Positions 37,458 through 46,453 of a stretch of 64,000 nucleotides of DNA are shown here, in pieces (position 1 is the first letter of the stretch; every line of letters starts with the position of its first letter). Made by a program: the position numbers and the translations under genes. The DNA is from Alphaproteobacteria bacterium. GTDB lineage: Bacteria > Pseudomonadota > Alphaproteobacteria > Rs-D84. The notes under the pieces were generated by a model. It made no database searches and was not told the DNA's origin. It saw only the letters and a program-made list of their open reading frames with translations. The DNA is taken from contig JAGBVH010000007.1 in the NCBI GenBank assembly GCA_017630405.1, positions 6,506-70,505 on the forward strand, written 5' to 3'.

Positions 37458-37485
37458 AAACCCCGCAAATGCGGGGATTTTCTTT
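37458..37485. terminator. Bidirectional terminator (tRNA cluster / accD-accA)
   Basis: Stem ccccgc, loop aaat, stem gcgggg, followed by ATTTTCTTT and preceded by an A-rich run. Confidence 0.7.
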
Positions 37486-39232
37486 ATATATGCTCGTCCG
37501 AGACATGTTCGGGCTGATATATTTCAACATCACGAGTCATGGCAAAAAACTTGTCATTTCTGCGCGGCTGAATTTCTTCAATCGGAATTTGTTGTAATTC
37601 TGTAATATGTTTTGCCACAGAATTTGCCAATAATTCCATTGTTGTCTGCCAATCAGTATGTGCACCACCCGCAGGCTCTGGGATGATTTCATCTATGACA
37701 TTAAGATTCGCCATGTCGCGCGCTGTCAACTTCATCGCTTTAGCAGCCACAGCCTTGAACTTGTTGTCTTTCCATAAAATGCTGGCACAAGATTCAGGCG
37801 CAATCACCGAATAAATTGCGTTTTCCAGCATCAAAATACGGTCTGCAGTACCAATTGCAATAGCACCACCAGAACCACCCTGCCCCACATTAACGGCGAC
37901 ATATGGAGTCTTGATACCCAAACCGACCGCCATGGAAGCCGCCACAGCCTGAGACTGCCCACGCTCTTCACCTTCGCGGCCTGCGAATGCACCGGCAGTA
38001 TCAAACAATGATATCAATGGTAATTCAAACTTTTCAGCCAATTTCATCATACGCTGCGCCTTGCGATAGCCGTCTGGATTCGGCATACCAAAGCGATGTT
38101 TTTGACGTGTTTCAATTGTGCGGCCCTGTTCCTGACCGATTATAACAGCTGGAATGCCGCGCCAGAATCCGATACCCGACCCCATAGCAGCATCTTCGGC
38201 ATACAGTCTGTCACCAGCCAGATATGTCCAATCATCAACGATGCCATTGATATAGTCCAAGAAGTGCGGACGATTTTCATGACGCGCAAGCAAAACCTTG
38301 TCATAGGCTTCGTTTTCGCCCATACCACGCAACTTTTTAGAAGAATCGTGCACAGGTGTTGTGACGCTAATCTGTTTAGGTTCGCGTGTCTGCTTGGTCA
38401 AAACCGCCAAAATCTTGGCCAATCTCGCTGGCAAGTCTGGACGCGCGACAACCATATCAACCATGCCGTGTTCGTATAAATAATCAGCGGTCTGGAAATT
38501 TGATGGTAATTTTTCGCGAATATTTTGTTCGATAACACGACGACCCGCGAATCCAATACGCGCGCCCTTTTCCGCGATATGAATATCGCCCAGCATCGCA
38601 AACGATGCCGTCACACCACCAAATGTTGGATCAGTTAACAGAACAATATAAGGTATTTTATTCGCATGTAAACGATTAACAGCAGCCGTTGTACGCGCCA
38701 TCTGCATAAGCGACAAGATGTTTTCCTGCATGCGGGCACCACCACTGGATGTGACCATAATAAATGGATGCTTGGTTTCAATTGCGTGTTCCATCGCCGC
38801 AATAATAGCATCACCCGCTGCACGCCCCATAGACCCCATCATAAACAACCCGTTCAAGATACAAACAGTCGCTGGGATTCCACCTATTTCGCCATCAGCA
38901 GAAGTGACCGCATCAAAGCAACCCGTTTCATCACGGGCCGCCGCCAATCTGTCACGATATGCCAATCTGTCTTCGAATTCCAATGGGTCATCAGAAACTG
39001 TCGGCGGGGTTAACTTTTCCCATGTATTATCATCAAACAACAAATCAAATCGCTGTTTTGGGGTCATAATAAAGGCACGACCACAGCGTGGGCAAATGTA
39101 ATGATTTTCTTTGTAATCCTTGGAATAAACCAATCTGCCACAGGATTCACACTTAATCCACATCAGGCGGCGAACGCGGTCATAGCGTTCACGATTGCGA
39201 TTTTTTATTCCAGATTTTTTACCAAACAACAT
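37484..39232 (-). CDS. accD/accA: Acetyl-CoA carboxylase carboxyltransferase, fused beta (AccD) plus alpha (AccA) subunits
   Basis: The N-terminal half has the AccD Zn ribbon (CESCGRLVY...CPRCG) and GGARMQE. The C-terminal half has AccA motifs (ARHENRPHFLDYI, GMPNPDGYRKAQRMMKLAEKF, GQGGSGGA) in one frame. Confidence 0.9.
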   Translation of the reverse strand: MLFGKKSGIKNRNRERYDRVRRLMWIKCESCGRLVYSKDYKENHYICPRCGRAFIMTPKQRFDLLFDDNTWEKLTPPTVSDDPLEFEDRLAYRDRLAAARDETGCFDAVTSADGEIGGIPATVCILNGLFMMGSMGRAAGDAIIAAMEHAIETKHPFIMVTSSGGARMQENILSLMQMARTTAAVNRLHANKIPYIVLLTDPTFGGVTASFAMLGDIHIAEKGARIGFAGRRVIEQNIREKLPSNFQTADYLYEHGMVDMVVARPDLPARLAKILAVLTKQTREPKQISVTTPVHDSSKKLRGMGENEAYDKVLLARHENRPHFLDYINGIVDDWTYLAGDRLYAEDAAMGSGIGFWRGIPAVIIGQEQGRTIETRQKHRFGMPNPDGYRKAQRMMKLAEKFELPLISLFDTAGAFAGREGEERGQSQAVAASMAVGLGIKTPYVAVNVGQGGSGGAIAIGTADRILMLENAIYSVIAPESCASILWKDNKFKAVAAKAMKLTARDMANLNVIDEIIPEPAGGAHTDWQTTMELLANSVAKHITELQQIPIEEIQPRRNDKFFAMTRDVEIYQPEHVSDEHI

Positions 39233-39235
39233 TTA

Positions 39236-39514
39236 TTATCCATTCATCTTTTTTGTTAATTCACGACTTGGTTTGAACAAAATCGTTGTGCTGGCCGGCA
39301 GCGGCATAGGCCGACCCGTGCAAGGATTATAACCAATCTTGGTTGCGCGTGCGCGTGGCTGAAAAGTGCCAAAACCACGAACTTCTATTCTGTCACCGTT
39401 GGCAACCGCTTCTATCATATGATCCGAAACAGTATCCAAAATAGCGGACGCATCGGATGCGCGCATATGTTTAAACTGAACCTGCATAGAGCGAACTATA
39501 TCTGAACGTTTCAT
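39236..39514 (-). CDS. ihfB: Integration host factor beta subunit
   Basis: GDRIEVRGFGTF...GYNPCTGRPMPLP...ILFKPSRELTKKM resembles the IHF-beta RIEIRGFGSF..GRNPKTG..FKPGKEL pattern. Confidence 0.75.
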   Translation of the reverse strand: MKRSDIVRSMQVQFKHMRASDASAILDTVSDHMIEAVANGDRIEVRGFGTFQPRARATKIGYNPCTGRPMPLPASTTILFKPSRELTKKMNG

Positions 39515-39658
39515 GTTTTTATATCCTTTATCTTGCCTTCCATTATTTACATCTTAACACATTTTATCAAGAATAAAGTTTTTTTATCTTTGGAATAGGT
39601 TCCTGTGCCGAAAATCCGCACTTTGTGATAGCCTTGTATTTATAAACGGAGAGAAAAA

Positions 39659-40360
39659 ATGACAGATTTATTTGCATCACACACAAATACAGACAGACAA
39701 AATCAAGATAGAATGCCTTTGATTGGGGATTTTGCTCCAAATTTTCGCGCAACAACAACCAACGGGGATATTATTTTCCCAGACGATTTCGCTGGCAAGT
39801 GGGTTGTGTTCTTTTCGCACCCTTCGGACTTTACGCCTGTGTGCACATCCGAATTTATAGTGTTCCAAGAAACATATGATGAATTCAAAAAGATGAATAC
39901 AGAACTGCTGGGGCTGTCGATTGGGTCGATTCCTTCCCATTTGGCATGGATTCGCGCCATCCAAGAAATAAGTAATGTAAAAATCACTTTCCCTGTAATC
40001 GCAGATGTAAATATGAGCATCGCAAAAAAGTATGGGATGGTTGCGCCCGCAGTATCAAATACTATGGCAGTTCGCGCGGTATTTATTATCGACCCAAGTG
40101 GCACAATCCGCGCAATTTTATACTATCCCGCTATACTTGGCAGATGTATCGATGAAATCAAGCGCGCGGTCATAGGACTGCAAACGGCGGACAAATTTGG
40201 AATCGCCATACCTGCCGATTGGACACCAGGGCGTGATGTACTGGTCAGCGCACCTGCGACCACAGAAGAACTTCGAAAAACTAATAATCAAAGACCTTGG
40301 TTTTTAGCATATAAAAAATTACCCGAGAGTGAAATCTATGCAAAAATTTATAAAAAATAA
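39659..40360 (+). CDS. Peroxiredoxin (1-Cys / Prx6-like)
   Basis: WVVFFSHPSDFTPVCTSE active-site motif. RBS ggagag. Confidence 0.85.
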   Translation: MTDLFASHTNTDRQNQDRMPLIGDFAPNFRATTTNGDIIFPDDFAGKWVVFFSHPSDFTPVCTSEFIVFQETYDEFKKMNTELLGLSIGSIPSHLAWIRAIQEISNVKITFPVIADVNMSIAKKYGMVAPAVSNTMAVRAVFIIDPSGTIRAILYYPAILGRCIDEIKRAVIGLQTADKFGIAIPADWTPGRDVLVSAPATTEELRKTNNQRPWFLAYKKLPESEIYAKIYKK

Positions 40361-40398
40361 ACAGATAAACCCCACGCCAAAATGCGTTTCGTTCTGGT

Positions 40399-40743
40399 TC
40401 AGAATACCAAAGGAAAATCCCGAATATCAAGTGGCACGCCGTCACGTTCAGGATCCCACTGATAAATAGACATAACGACTGTTCGGTCTGGATTAAATTT
40501 TACACCCTCGGCCCGCAAGGCACGATATTGACTGTCTGGCATACCAGGGTTTAAAACACCGTCTTTGAAAACCACGCGATGCCATGGCAGATGCCAATAC
40601 GCCTTGTTATTAGATGCATATCCAACAAAGCGCGCACACCGTGGCCGACCAATCATTTGGGCAATCTGGCCAAATGTCGCAACCCGCCCATAGGGGATGC
40701 GCGCAACGACTTCGTAAACTTTTTCATTGAATGTTTTTTCCAT
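40399..40743 (-). CDS. atl: Alkyltransferase-like (ATL) protein: MGMT DNA-binding domain with Trp replacing the acceptor Cys
   Basis: VYEVVARIPYGRVATFGQIA...LPWHRVV. The canonical PCHRV is replaced by PWHRV. Confidence 0.75.
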   Translation of the reverse strand: MEKTFNEKVYEVVARIPYGRVATFGQIAQMIGRPRCARFVGYASNNKAYWHLPWHRVVFKDGVLNPGMPDSQYRALRAEGVKFNPDRTVVMSIYQWDPERDGVPLDIRDFPLVF

Positions 40744-40788
40744 AATTTTCAGTTTATCAACCGGTATAAAAAAGTCAAATATTTACCC

Positions 40789-40817
40789 TTGCAAAATAAT
40801 CACATGCTGTATATAAT
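40789..40817 (+). promoter_or_regulatory. Sigma70 promoter of tRNA-Ser(CGA)
   Basis: TTGCAA (40789-40794), a 17 nt spacer, then TATAAT (40812-40817), 10 nt before the tRNA. Confidence 0.6.
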
Positions 40818-40827
40818 GACCCGCACA

Positions 40828-40917
40828 GGAGCAGTGGCAGAGTGGTTGAATGCGCACGACTCGAAATCGTGTATAGGGGCAACTCTATCAAGGGTTCAAA
40901 TCCCTTCTGCTCCGCCA
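40828..40917 (+). tRNA. tRNA-Ser (anticodon CGA)
   Basis: Acceptor ggagcag pairs with ctgctcc. Anticodon stem cacga/tcgtg with loop ctCGAaa. Long variable arm. Encoded CCA. Confidence 0.9.
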
Positions 40918-40924
40918 GAATTAA

Positions 40925-40951
40925 AGAACCGCCGATTGGCGGTTTTTTTTT
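40925..40951. terminator. Bidirectional terminator (tRNA-Ser / amiC)
   Basis: Stem aaccgcc, loop gatt, stem ggcggtt, followed by a T-run. Confidence 0.75.
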
Positions 40952-42122
40952 AAACTTCAAAGTTATAATTTTTAACCGAGCGCACAATTGCATCAACCAA
41001 CTTATCCTGATGCGCGGCGGTTTTAAGCAATTTTTCTTCGGATGCATTGGACAGGTGCCCCAATTCCAACAACGCCCCCGGCACAGTTGAACGCAATACA
41101 GCAAATGGCGCATGGCGAACATCAGGCCCTGCCTGTTGTGTAATGGATGCACGCTTGAACGCTTTGGCACAGCCATTGGCGTATTCTTCACTCATTTCCG
41201 CGACCGCATGCTGTTGTAATGAAGACAATGCGATACGGATATTTTCTTCGAATTCAGTAAAGCCCTCTACCCCGATTTTGTCCGCGGCATTTTCAGCCTC
41301 GGCTAGTTTTTTAGCCTCTTCGTCAGATGCTTTTTCAGATAATGTGTATATCGAGAAACCTTTCATCGCGCGACTTGGGTTCGCGTTAGCGTGCAGCGAT
41401 ATGAACAGGTCTGCCTTGCGCTTCTCGGCAATAGCGGCACGATCCGCAAGTTTAAGATAGCGATCATCACTGCGCGTTAGGTGTGTTTTAAAGCCGTTTG
41501 CATCAAGCTTTGTCTTTAACTTGCGCGCAACAGACAAAACAATATCTTTTTCACGAGTTCCGCCCTTGCCTATACAGCCAGGGTCCTTGCCACCATGCCC
41601 CGCGTCCACAACAATTACATATTTGCGCGCCGCAGTTATTGCAGTGGTTGTTGATGCAGTCGAAGTTGTGTATGACGATGAAGCAGTCGATGCATTGTTC
41701 GCACCAGCAACAAAATCCAAAACTAATCGATAGTCATTGTCGCCATTTGGTTCAAGAACCATAATCTGGGACTTTGGAATTTGGGCAATTGATTGTTTTA
41801 AATTCGCTGTAATCTTTAATGTATCGCCGCTCTGTGCCTGTGTCACAGATTTGACCAATCCAGATGAGGCCAGCGATGCTGAAATTCCATTGTTCGCACC
41901 AGTATTTGCCAATGATATAATCAGCTGATTTGGTAAATAGGTCAGATTATATGATGGACGCAAAGCCGTTTCTATAACAAGGCGCGTTTTATTACCAGGC
42001 TGAACACCTGTACGCATACTGCGCAAAGTATTACGCGCAGCAAATGCAACACGTGGCATAGCGGCGAACGCCATAACACCAAATCCTGTGACTTTTAATA
42101 ATGAACGTCTGCTGATTTTCAT
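40950..42122 (-). CDS. amiC: N-acetylmuramoyl-L-alanine amidase (AmiC-like, Tat-exported, AMIN domain)
   Basis: ATG 42122 gives MKISRRSLLKVTGFGVMAFAAMP (twin-arginine signal). VVDAGHGGKDPG...SLHANA...LLELGHLSN are amidase_3 motifs. Confidence 0.85.
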   Translation of the reverse strand: MKISRRSLLKVTGFGVMAFAAMPRVAFAARNTLRSMRTGVQPGNKTRLVIETALRPSYNLTYLPNQLIISLANTGANNGISASLASSGLVKSVTQAQSGDTLKITANLKQSIAQIPKSQIMVLEPNGDNDYRLVLDFVAGANNASTASSSYTTSTASTTTAITAARKYVIVVDAGHGGKDPGCIGKGGTREKDIVLSVARKLKTKLDANGFKTHLTRSDDRYLKLADRAAIAEKRKADLFISLHANANPSRAMKGFSIYTLSEKASDEEAKKLAEAENAADKIGVEGFTEFEENIRIALSSLQQHAVAEMSEEYANGCAKAFKRASITQQAGPDVRHAPFAVLRSTVPGALLELGHLSNASEEKLLKTAAHQDKLVDAIVRSVKNYNFEV

Positions 42123-42171
42123 GGAATATATTATATCAAAAACTGATAATCGGTTCAAGTGCCTTTCAGGA

Positions 42172-42200
42172 ATAAAAATCCGCCAATCGGCGGATCTTTT
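42172..42200 (-). terminator. Intrinsic terminator after 42202-43452
   Basis: On the minus strand: stem atccgcc, loop gatt, stem ggcggat, followed by TTTTT. Confidence 0.7.
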
Positions 42201-42201
42201 A

Positions 42202-43452
42202 TTATTTACTTACACAGTTTGCAAATCCCTGCGCGACCAATGATTGCTCGGCCGGAGTCAATTCTGCAACCGGAATCATATAACAGCGTGCGCTATCGCG
42301 AATCACAAAAACTTTGGTCCCGCGAATATATGCCTGTTGCATATCATCTATCTGGGCACTGTTCAAAAATGCGTTAGGCGTTGTGGATTCTTGGACCATG
42401 GCGGCATTAACAACCTGATACGCCATATCATAATTGTACAACTCTGAACGAGATGTGACCTCCATCGCGATACTCTGGTTCGCATATGGATTTTCAACCT
42501 GTTGTTGAGTGTTGGTTGGGTAAGCCGAACCTAACGCCAAAGCAGCAACTGTCTGCAACGCAGTTGAACCATTATTACCTGTTGGATGAGATACTGTATT
42601 CATCTGCTGGTTATCACCACAAGCAAGATTCATACGATTTGTATAACTGGCCAAGACAGCATCAACCGCAGCTTGCCAATCATCGCCCTTGGAATTTAAA
42701 TCAAGCGACACAATCTTGTCCGCCCAACCCCAAATATTTGCACCAACATTACCGGCATTGGCAAAACGGGTCACCATTTCAGCACTGCCCCCTGGGACAC
42801 CAGCGCCACAGGCATCGGTCAACAATGTTTTTAACATACTGTCGGTTTGTGTACCATATGACAACGCAATCGTATGGCACGCCATAGCCGCTTCTAGTTC
42901 GCGACGACGGCTGATACACAAATCAGAACTTGATTTCGCCAACTGATCCGCCATATTCATCATAGACAGATAGGATGTCATTTCCTGTTGGATATACTGT
43001 GGACACAAACGCGCAGCAGTATTCATACCGCCCGTTGCCACATGTGTATTTGTATTATACTGAGGCAGCAGAATATCCGTATCACGCTGCAAACACAGCA
43101 AAGCATAATTATACAATTCGTTTGGTGATGCATATGTACATTTTGGCGCGCTTACCCCCGGAACAACCGCCGTATCACCACAATATTCCGCAAAGCATTG
43201 AAACAATTTCTGACGGCACGCTGTATCAACATCCAACTGGGTCACCATATAGTATGTGTTACGTTGATTTGCCTTGTATGCCTGGGCCAGACCGGCATTA
43301 CCGCGCAAATTTGTACCCGCAGTTGTATTTGTAACCAACGATACGCCGCGCGAAGAGCCATCAGCACCAACAGTACCAGCAGACACCGCGACCGCAGAAT
43401 TACCCAATAAACATGCGCCTATTACACCAAATATACTAAGAAAATGTTTCAT
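42202..43452 (-). CDS. Secreted Cys-containing protein (416 aa), possible distant member of the Cys-rich family
   Basis: Signal peptide MKHFLSIFGVIGACLLGNSAVA. DTACRQKLFQCFAEYCGD resembles CRDAYATCMDQFC of the large paralogues. Confidence 0.65.
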   Translation of the reverse strand: MKHFLSIFGVIGACLLGNSAVAVSAGTVGADGSSRGVSLVTNTTAGTNLRGNAGLAQAYKANQRNTYYMVTQLDVDTACRQKLFQCFAEYCGDTAVVPGVSAPKCTYASPNELYNYALLCLQRDTDILLPQYNTNTHVATGGMNTAARLCPQYIQQEMTSYLSMMNMADQLAKSSSDLCISRRRELEAAMACHTIALSYGTQTDSMLKTLLTDACGAGVPGGSAEMVTRFANAGNVGANIWGWADKIVSLDLNSKGDDWQAAVDAVLASYTNRMNLACGDNQQMNTVSHPTGNNGSTALQTVAALALGSAYPTNTQQQVENPYANQSIAMEVTSRSELYNYDMAYQVVNAAMVQESTTPNAFLNSAQIDDMQQAYIRGTKVFVIRDSARCYMIPVAELTPAEQSLVAQGFANCVSK

Positions 43453-43547
43453 AAAATCCCTCTCGTTGTCATGATTTTATCATATTCTAAAAAAAAAGGC
43501 AAACATTCATTTGCTTTCCTGTTTCTGTTTGATATCATAAGAGCATT

Positions 43548-44622
43548 ATGATTATGCCAAATGAATTTTTCACACAAATCGCCGACGACATTTCTGCCGT
43601 AAGGGGGTTTCTTTGACCCGGAAAAACTAAAATCCGAAATTGATGAACTTAATACCAAGGTTAATGATGAAAACCTGTGGGATAATCCCGATAATGCGCG
43701 GGTGATTTTACAGAAAAAATCCAGCCTTGAAAAATCCTTAAACGAATTACTGGATTTAGAAGCGGAATACAAAAACCTGGTTGATTTGTATGAAATCGCA
43801 CCCGAAGATGCCGAGGTTTTGGCCGCGATTGAGCAGTTAGCCCACAAAGCGCACAGTGCGAAATTCATTACCCTGTTCCGCGAACCTGCGGATAACAACG
43901 GGGCATTTCTGTTTATTCAAGCGGGCGCAGGCGGGACTGAAGCTCAAGACTGGGCACAGATGATGTCACGCATGTATGCCCGCTGGGCTGAACGCCATGG
44001 TTTTGTCTGCGAAGTTATCGAAGAACACGAAGGCGACACAGCCGGGATAAAAAACATAACATATCGCATATCTGGCGAACGCGCATATGGCTGGCTAAAA
44101 AATGAAATCGGTGTGCACAGATTGGTGCGCATATCGCCTTTTAATGCTAATGGCAAACGCCAAACCAGCTTTGCGTCGGTTGATGTGTGGCCGGATATCG
44201 ATGATACAATTGAAATTGAAATCAACGATAAAGATTTACGCATTGATACATACCGTTCTTCGGGTGCAGGTGGCCAACATGTTAATAAAACTGACAGCGC
44301 GGTTCGTATTACACATATTCCTACGAATACGGTTGTCACATGTCAAAATGAACGCAGCCAGATTCAAAATCGCGAAATGGCCATGAAGATGTTGCGCAGT
44401 AAACTTTATGAACTTGAAATGCAAAAGCGTGCTGCTGAAGAAGACAGCACACGCGCCGCACAAAAGAAAATCGAATGGGGCAGCCAGATACGAAACTATG
44501 TGCTGTATCCATATCAACTGGTCAAAGATGTGCGCACTAATGTGGAAAAAACGGACTCGGGTGCTGTTTTGGATGGGGATTTAGATGAATTTATGCTGGC
44601 ATCCCTGCAACAATCCGCCTAA
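43548..44622 (+). CDS. prfB: Peptide chain release factor 2, made by programmed +1 frameshift (join 43548..43613, 43615..44622)
   Basis: Frame 0 reads MIMPNEFFTQIADDISAVRGFL, then TGA. Frame +1 continues DPEKLKSEIDELN... with SPF (RISPFNANGKRQTSF) and GGQ (SGAGGQHVN). Confidence 0.95.
43602..43617 (+). promoter_or_regulatory. RF2 autoregulatory +1 frameshift site
   Basis: AGGGGG (internal SD), then ttt, then CTT TGA C. This is the canonical shifty site. Confidence 0.9.
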
Positions 44623-44663
44623 TATCTTGACTTTTGTGTTTTTTACAGTAGGATTCCTGCCCC

Positions 44664-45476
44664 ATGTTAAATAACAACGAAAAATTTTATTACGACATAA
44701 TTGTTAATTCCTGTCCACAGGCAACAAACATTCGTCATCCAGATATCAAGGGCGCAGTATGTCCTGTATTTTTAGCAGACACACGCGAAGGCACCAAGGT
44801 ATTTAGATTTAATGAAGCGTCCGTCGCTTTTCGGAATCGTAGCATTGGGAACTTATTAGTCGACAACGGAATTCTGACACCGGCCATAACAACTCATGGT
44901 TACAGAAGTACTTGGTACGAAAAATACAACTATTGCCCAGACAAAACTTTGTATGAACACCTGACAGCGAAAGAGTTTGACGACAAACAAATTGAATCTG
45001 TTTATAAACAGGCGCTAACACAAATGGCCGAAATGGCAAAAGTCAAACCTATATCGTTTTCCCATAACAACCTAATGAATTATCAAGAAGTGTTCGTTGC
45101 TTCTATGAAACAAAGACTTCATCCGGCATTGGTGGAATTTTATGGATATTTTGTTCGCGTATTGGCAGGTGGGGATGCCCCCAAACTGGTTCACAATGAC
45201 CTGAATCAAAAAAACATACTAACCACCGAAGATGGAACACTTACACGCATTCTTGATTTGGACGCTGTTGCGTTGGCAAATGAAAGCTTTGCCGTTATGA
45301 TGGCACTGCGGTATTATCCACTTAATAATCATCACGAAATGATCGAATTTTATCAGGATATTACAGGCCATAAACTAAACGAAAAAGCAATTATGCTGGG
45401 GATACAGTTTCTGAATACAATACGCAGCACACGCCACAGATTTGACAGACTGTTTTTACACAGCCCGCAACGCTAA
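44664..45476 (+). CDS. Phosphotransferase-family (APH/choline-kinase-like) protein
   Basis: LVHNDLNQKNIL....ILDLD (HxDxxxxN ... D catalytic/Mg motif). Confidence 0.6.
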   Translation: MLNNNEKFYYDIIVNSCPQATNIRHPDIKGAVCPVFLADTREGTKVFRFNEASVAFRNRSIGNLLVDNGILTPAITTHGYRSTWYEKYNYCPDKTLYEHLTAKEFDDKQIESVYKQALTQMAEMAKVKPISFSHNNLMNYQEVFVASMKQRLHPALVEFYGYFVRVLAGGDAPKLVHNDLNQKNILTTEDGTLTRILDLDAVALANESFAVMMALRYYPLNNHHEMIEFYQDITGHKLNEKAIMLGIQFLNTIRSTRHRFDRLFLHSPQR

Positions 45477-45490
45477 TATTCTATGCACGC

Positions 45491-45519
45491 TTGATTTCAA
45501 CCTCAAAAGGGGTTATAAT
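45491..45519 (+). promoter_or_regulatory. Sigma70 promoter of tRNA-Arg
   Basis: TTGATT (45491-45496), a 17 nt spacer, then TATAAT (45514-45519). Confidence 0.6.
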
Positions 45520-45529
45520 ACCTTGCGCT

Positions 45530-45606
45530 GTGCCCATAGCACAACTGGATAATGCGCCACCCTCCGAAGGTGGAGATTGTGGGTTCGAATCCCGCTGGGC
45601 ACGCCA
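45530..45606 (+). tRNA. tRNA-Arg (anticodon CCG)
   Basis: Acceptor gtgccca pairs with tgggcac. Anticodon stem ccacc/ggtgg with loop ctCCGaa. T-arm gtgggttcgaatcccgc. Encoded CCA. Confidence 0.9.
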
Positions 45607-45611
45607 AAATT

Positions 45612-45637
45612 AAACCGCCAATTCGGCGGTGTTTTTT
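45612..45637. terminator. Bidirectional terminator (tRNA-Arg / glycosyltransferase genes)
   Basis: Stem accgcc, loop aattc, stem ggcggt, followed by gTTTTTT. Confidence 0.7.
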
Positions 45638-46451
45638 ATCGTGTTATCGGTAGTTTTTCTGGAATTGGCGCACCCGACACTTCATTCGCATAGCAATTTG
45701 GCAAATGACCGATATCTATGGCCTGATAGCCAAGCGCGGCCAAGTCATACGCAAACACAGTCGCCGCAGGGCCACACGCAATCAAAAACAAGCAATCCTT
45801 CGGATAAGATTTGGCCTGTGCCATGACCGCATCATATTCTTCAAACGCATTTTTCGACCCAACCTCGATATGATAATGCTTTTTAATACTTGAAAAAATT
45901 TCTGGTGTAATTTCAAATCGGCCCGCGGACGAATATATAAACACAACTGTACGATCCGCCCATATCTTGCGATATTCCGGAATGCCAGACACTAGAAAAT
46001 CAGAATGTCTTGATATATTTGCATTGGCATAAGTCTCGCGCAGGCGCATCATTGTCAAAATGCTGGGATATCTGGTAAAGTATTCACGAAAGAATCCTGC
46101 CGTTGTTGGACGCGGCGGAATCCCAACCAGACATTTACCGTTTGGATTTTTCAAAATTTGTCGCATGCGGCGTTGCAATTCTGGCGAATTATCCTGATAA
46201 CAAATCTTCTTTTTGCCCAACGCTAAATTAAATTCTCCATCGCCAAGACGCGCCAACGAGGCCCCATTTTGTAATAATTTGACAGTATCTGGGATGCTTA
46301 GCACATTTGGATATGGAAATGGTTTAGAGTATAAAAACCGTTCACGAACCGCACGCCGACCATTGCCCGATGGACAGAACAAAGATGCGACTAATGATAC
46401 CGGCTTCCAAAAATATTTAAGCATAAAAATTTGAAAATTCATTTCAATCAC
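45636..46451 (-). CDS. GT-D type glycosyltransferase (DUF1792 family)
   Basis: SLARLGDGEFNLALGKK is the DUF1792 GDGE motif region. Size is about 270 aa. Confidence 0.65.
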   Translation of the reverse strand: MIEMNFQIFMLKYFWKPVSLVASLFCPSGNGRRAVRERFLYSKPFPYPNVLSIPDTVKLLQNGASLARLGDGEFNLALGKKKICYQDNSPELQRRMRQILKNPNGKCLVGIPPRPTTAGFFREYFTRYPSILTMMRLRETYANANISRHSDFLVSGIPEYRKIWADRTVVFIYSSAGRFEITPEIFSSIKKHYHIEVGSKNAFEEYDAVMAQAKSYPKDCLFLIACGPAATVFAYDLAALGYQAIDIGHLPNCYANEVSGAPIPEKLPITR

Positions 46452-46453
46452 CT

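Noticed and set aside
37107-37605. Plus-strand ORFs (36983-37165, 37107-37289, 37318-37605) across the tRNA cluster.
   Set aside because: They are fully explained by four canonical tRNA genes and a terminator.
39567-39658. An imperfect palindrome, TTATCAAGAATAA, upstream of the peroxiredoxin gene as a possible PerR/Fur-type box.
   Set aside because: It has too few matching positions to the 7-1-7 Fur-family consensus, and the region is generally AT-rich. It cannot be distinguished from chance by eye.
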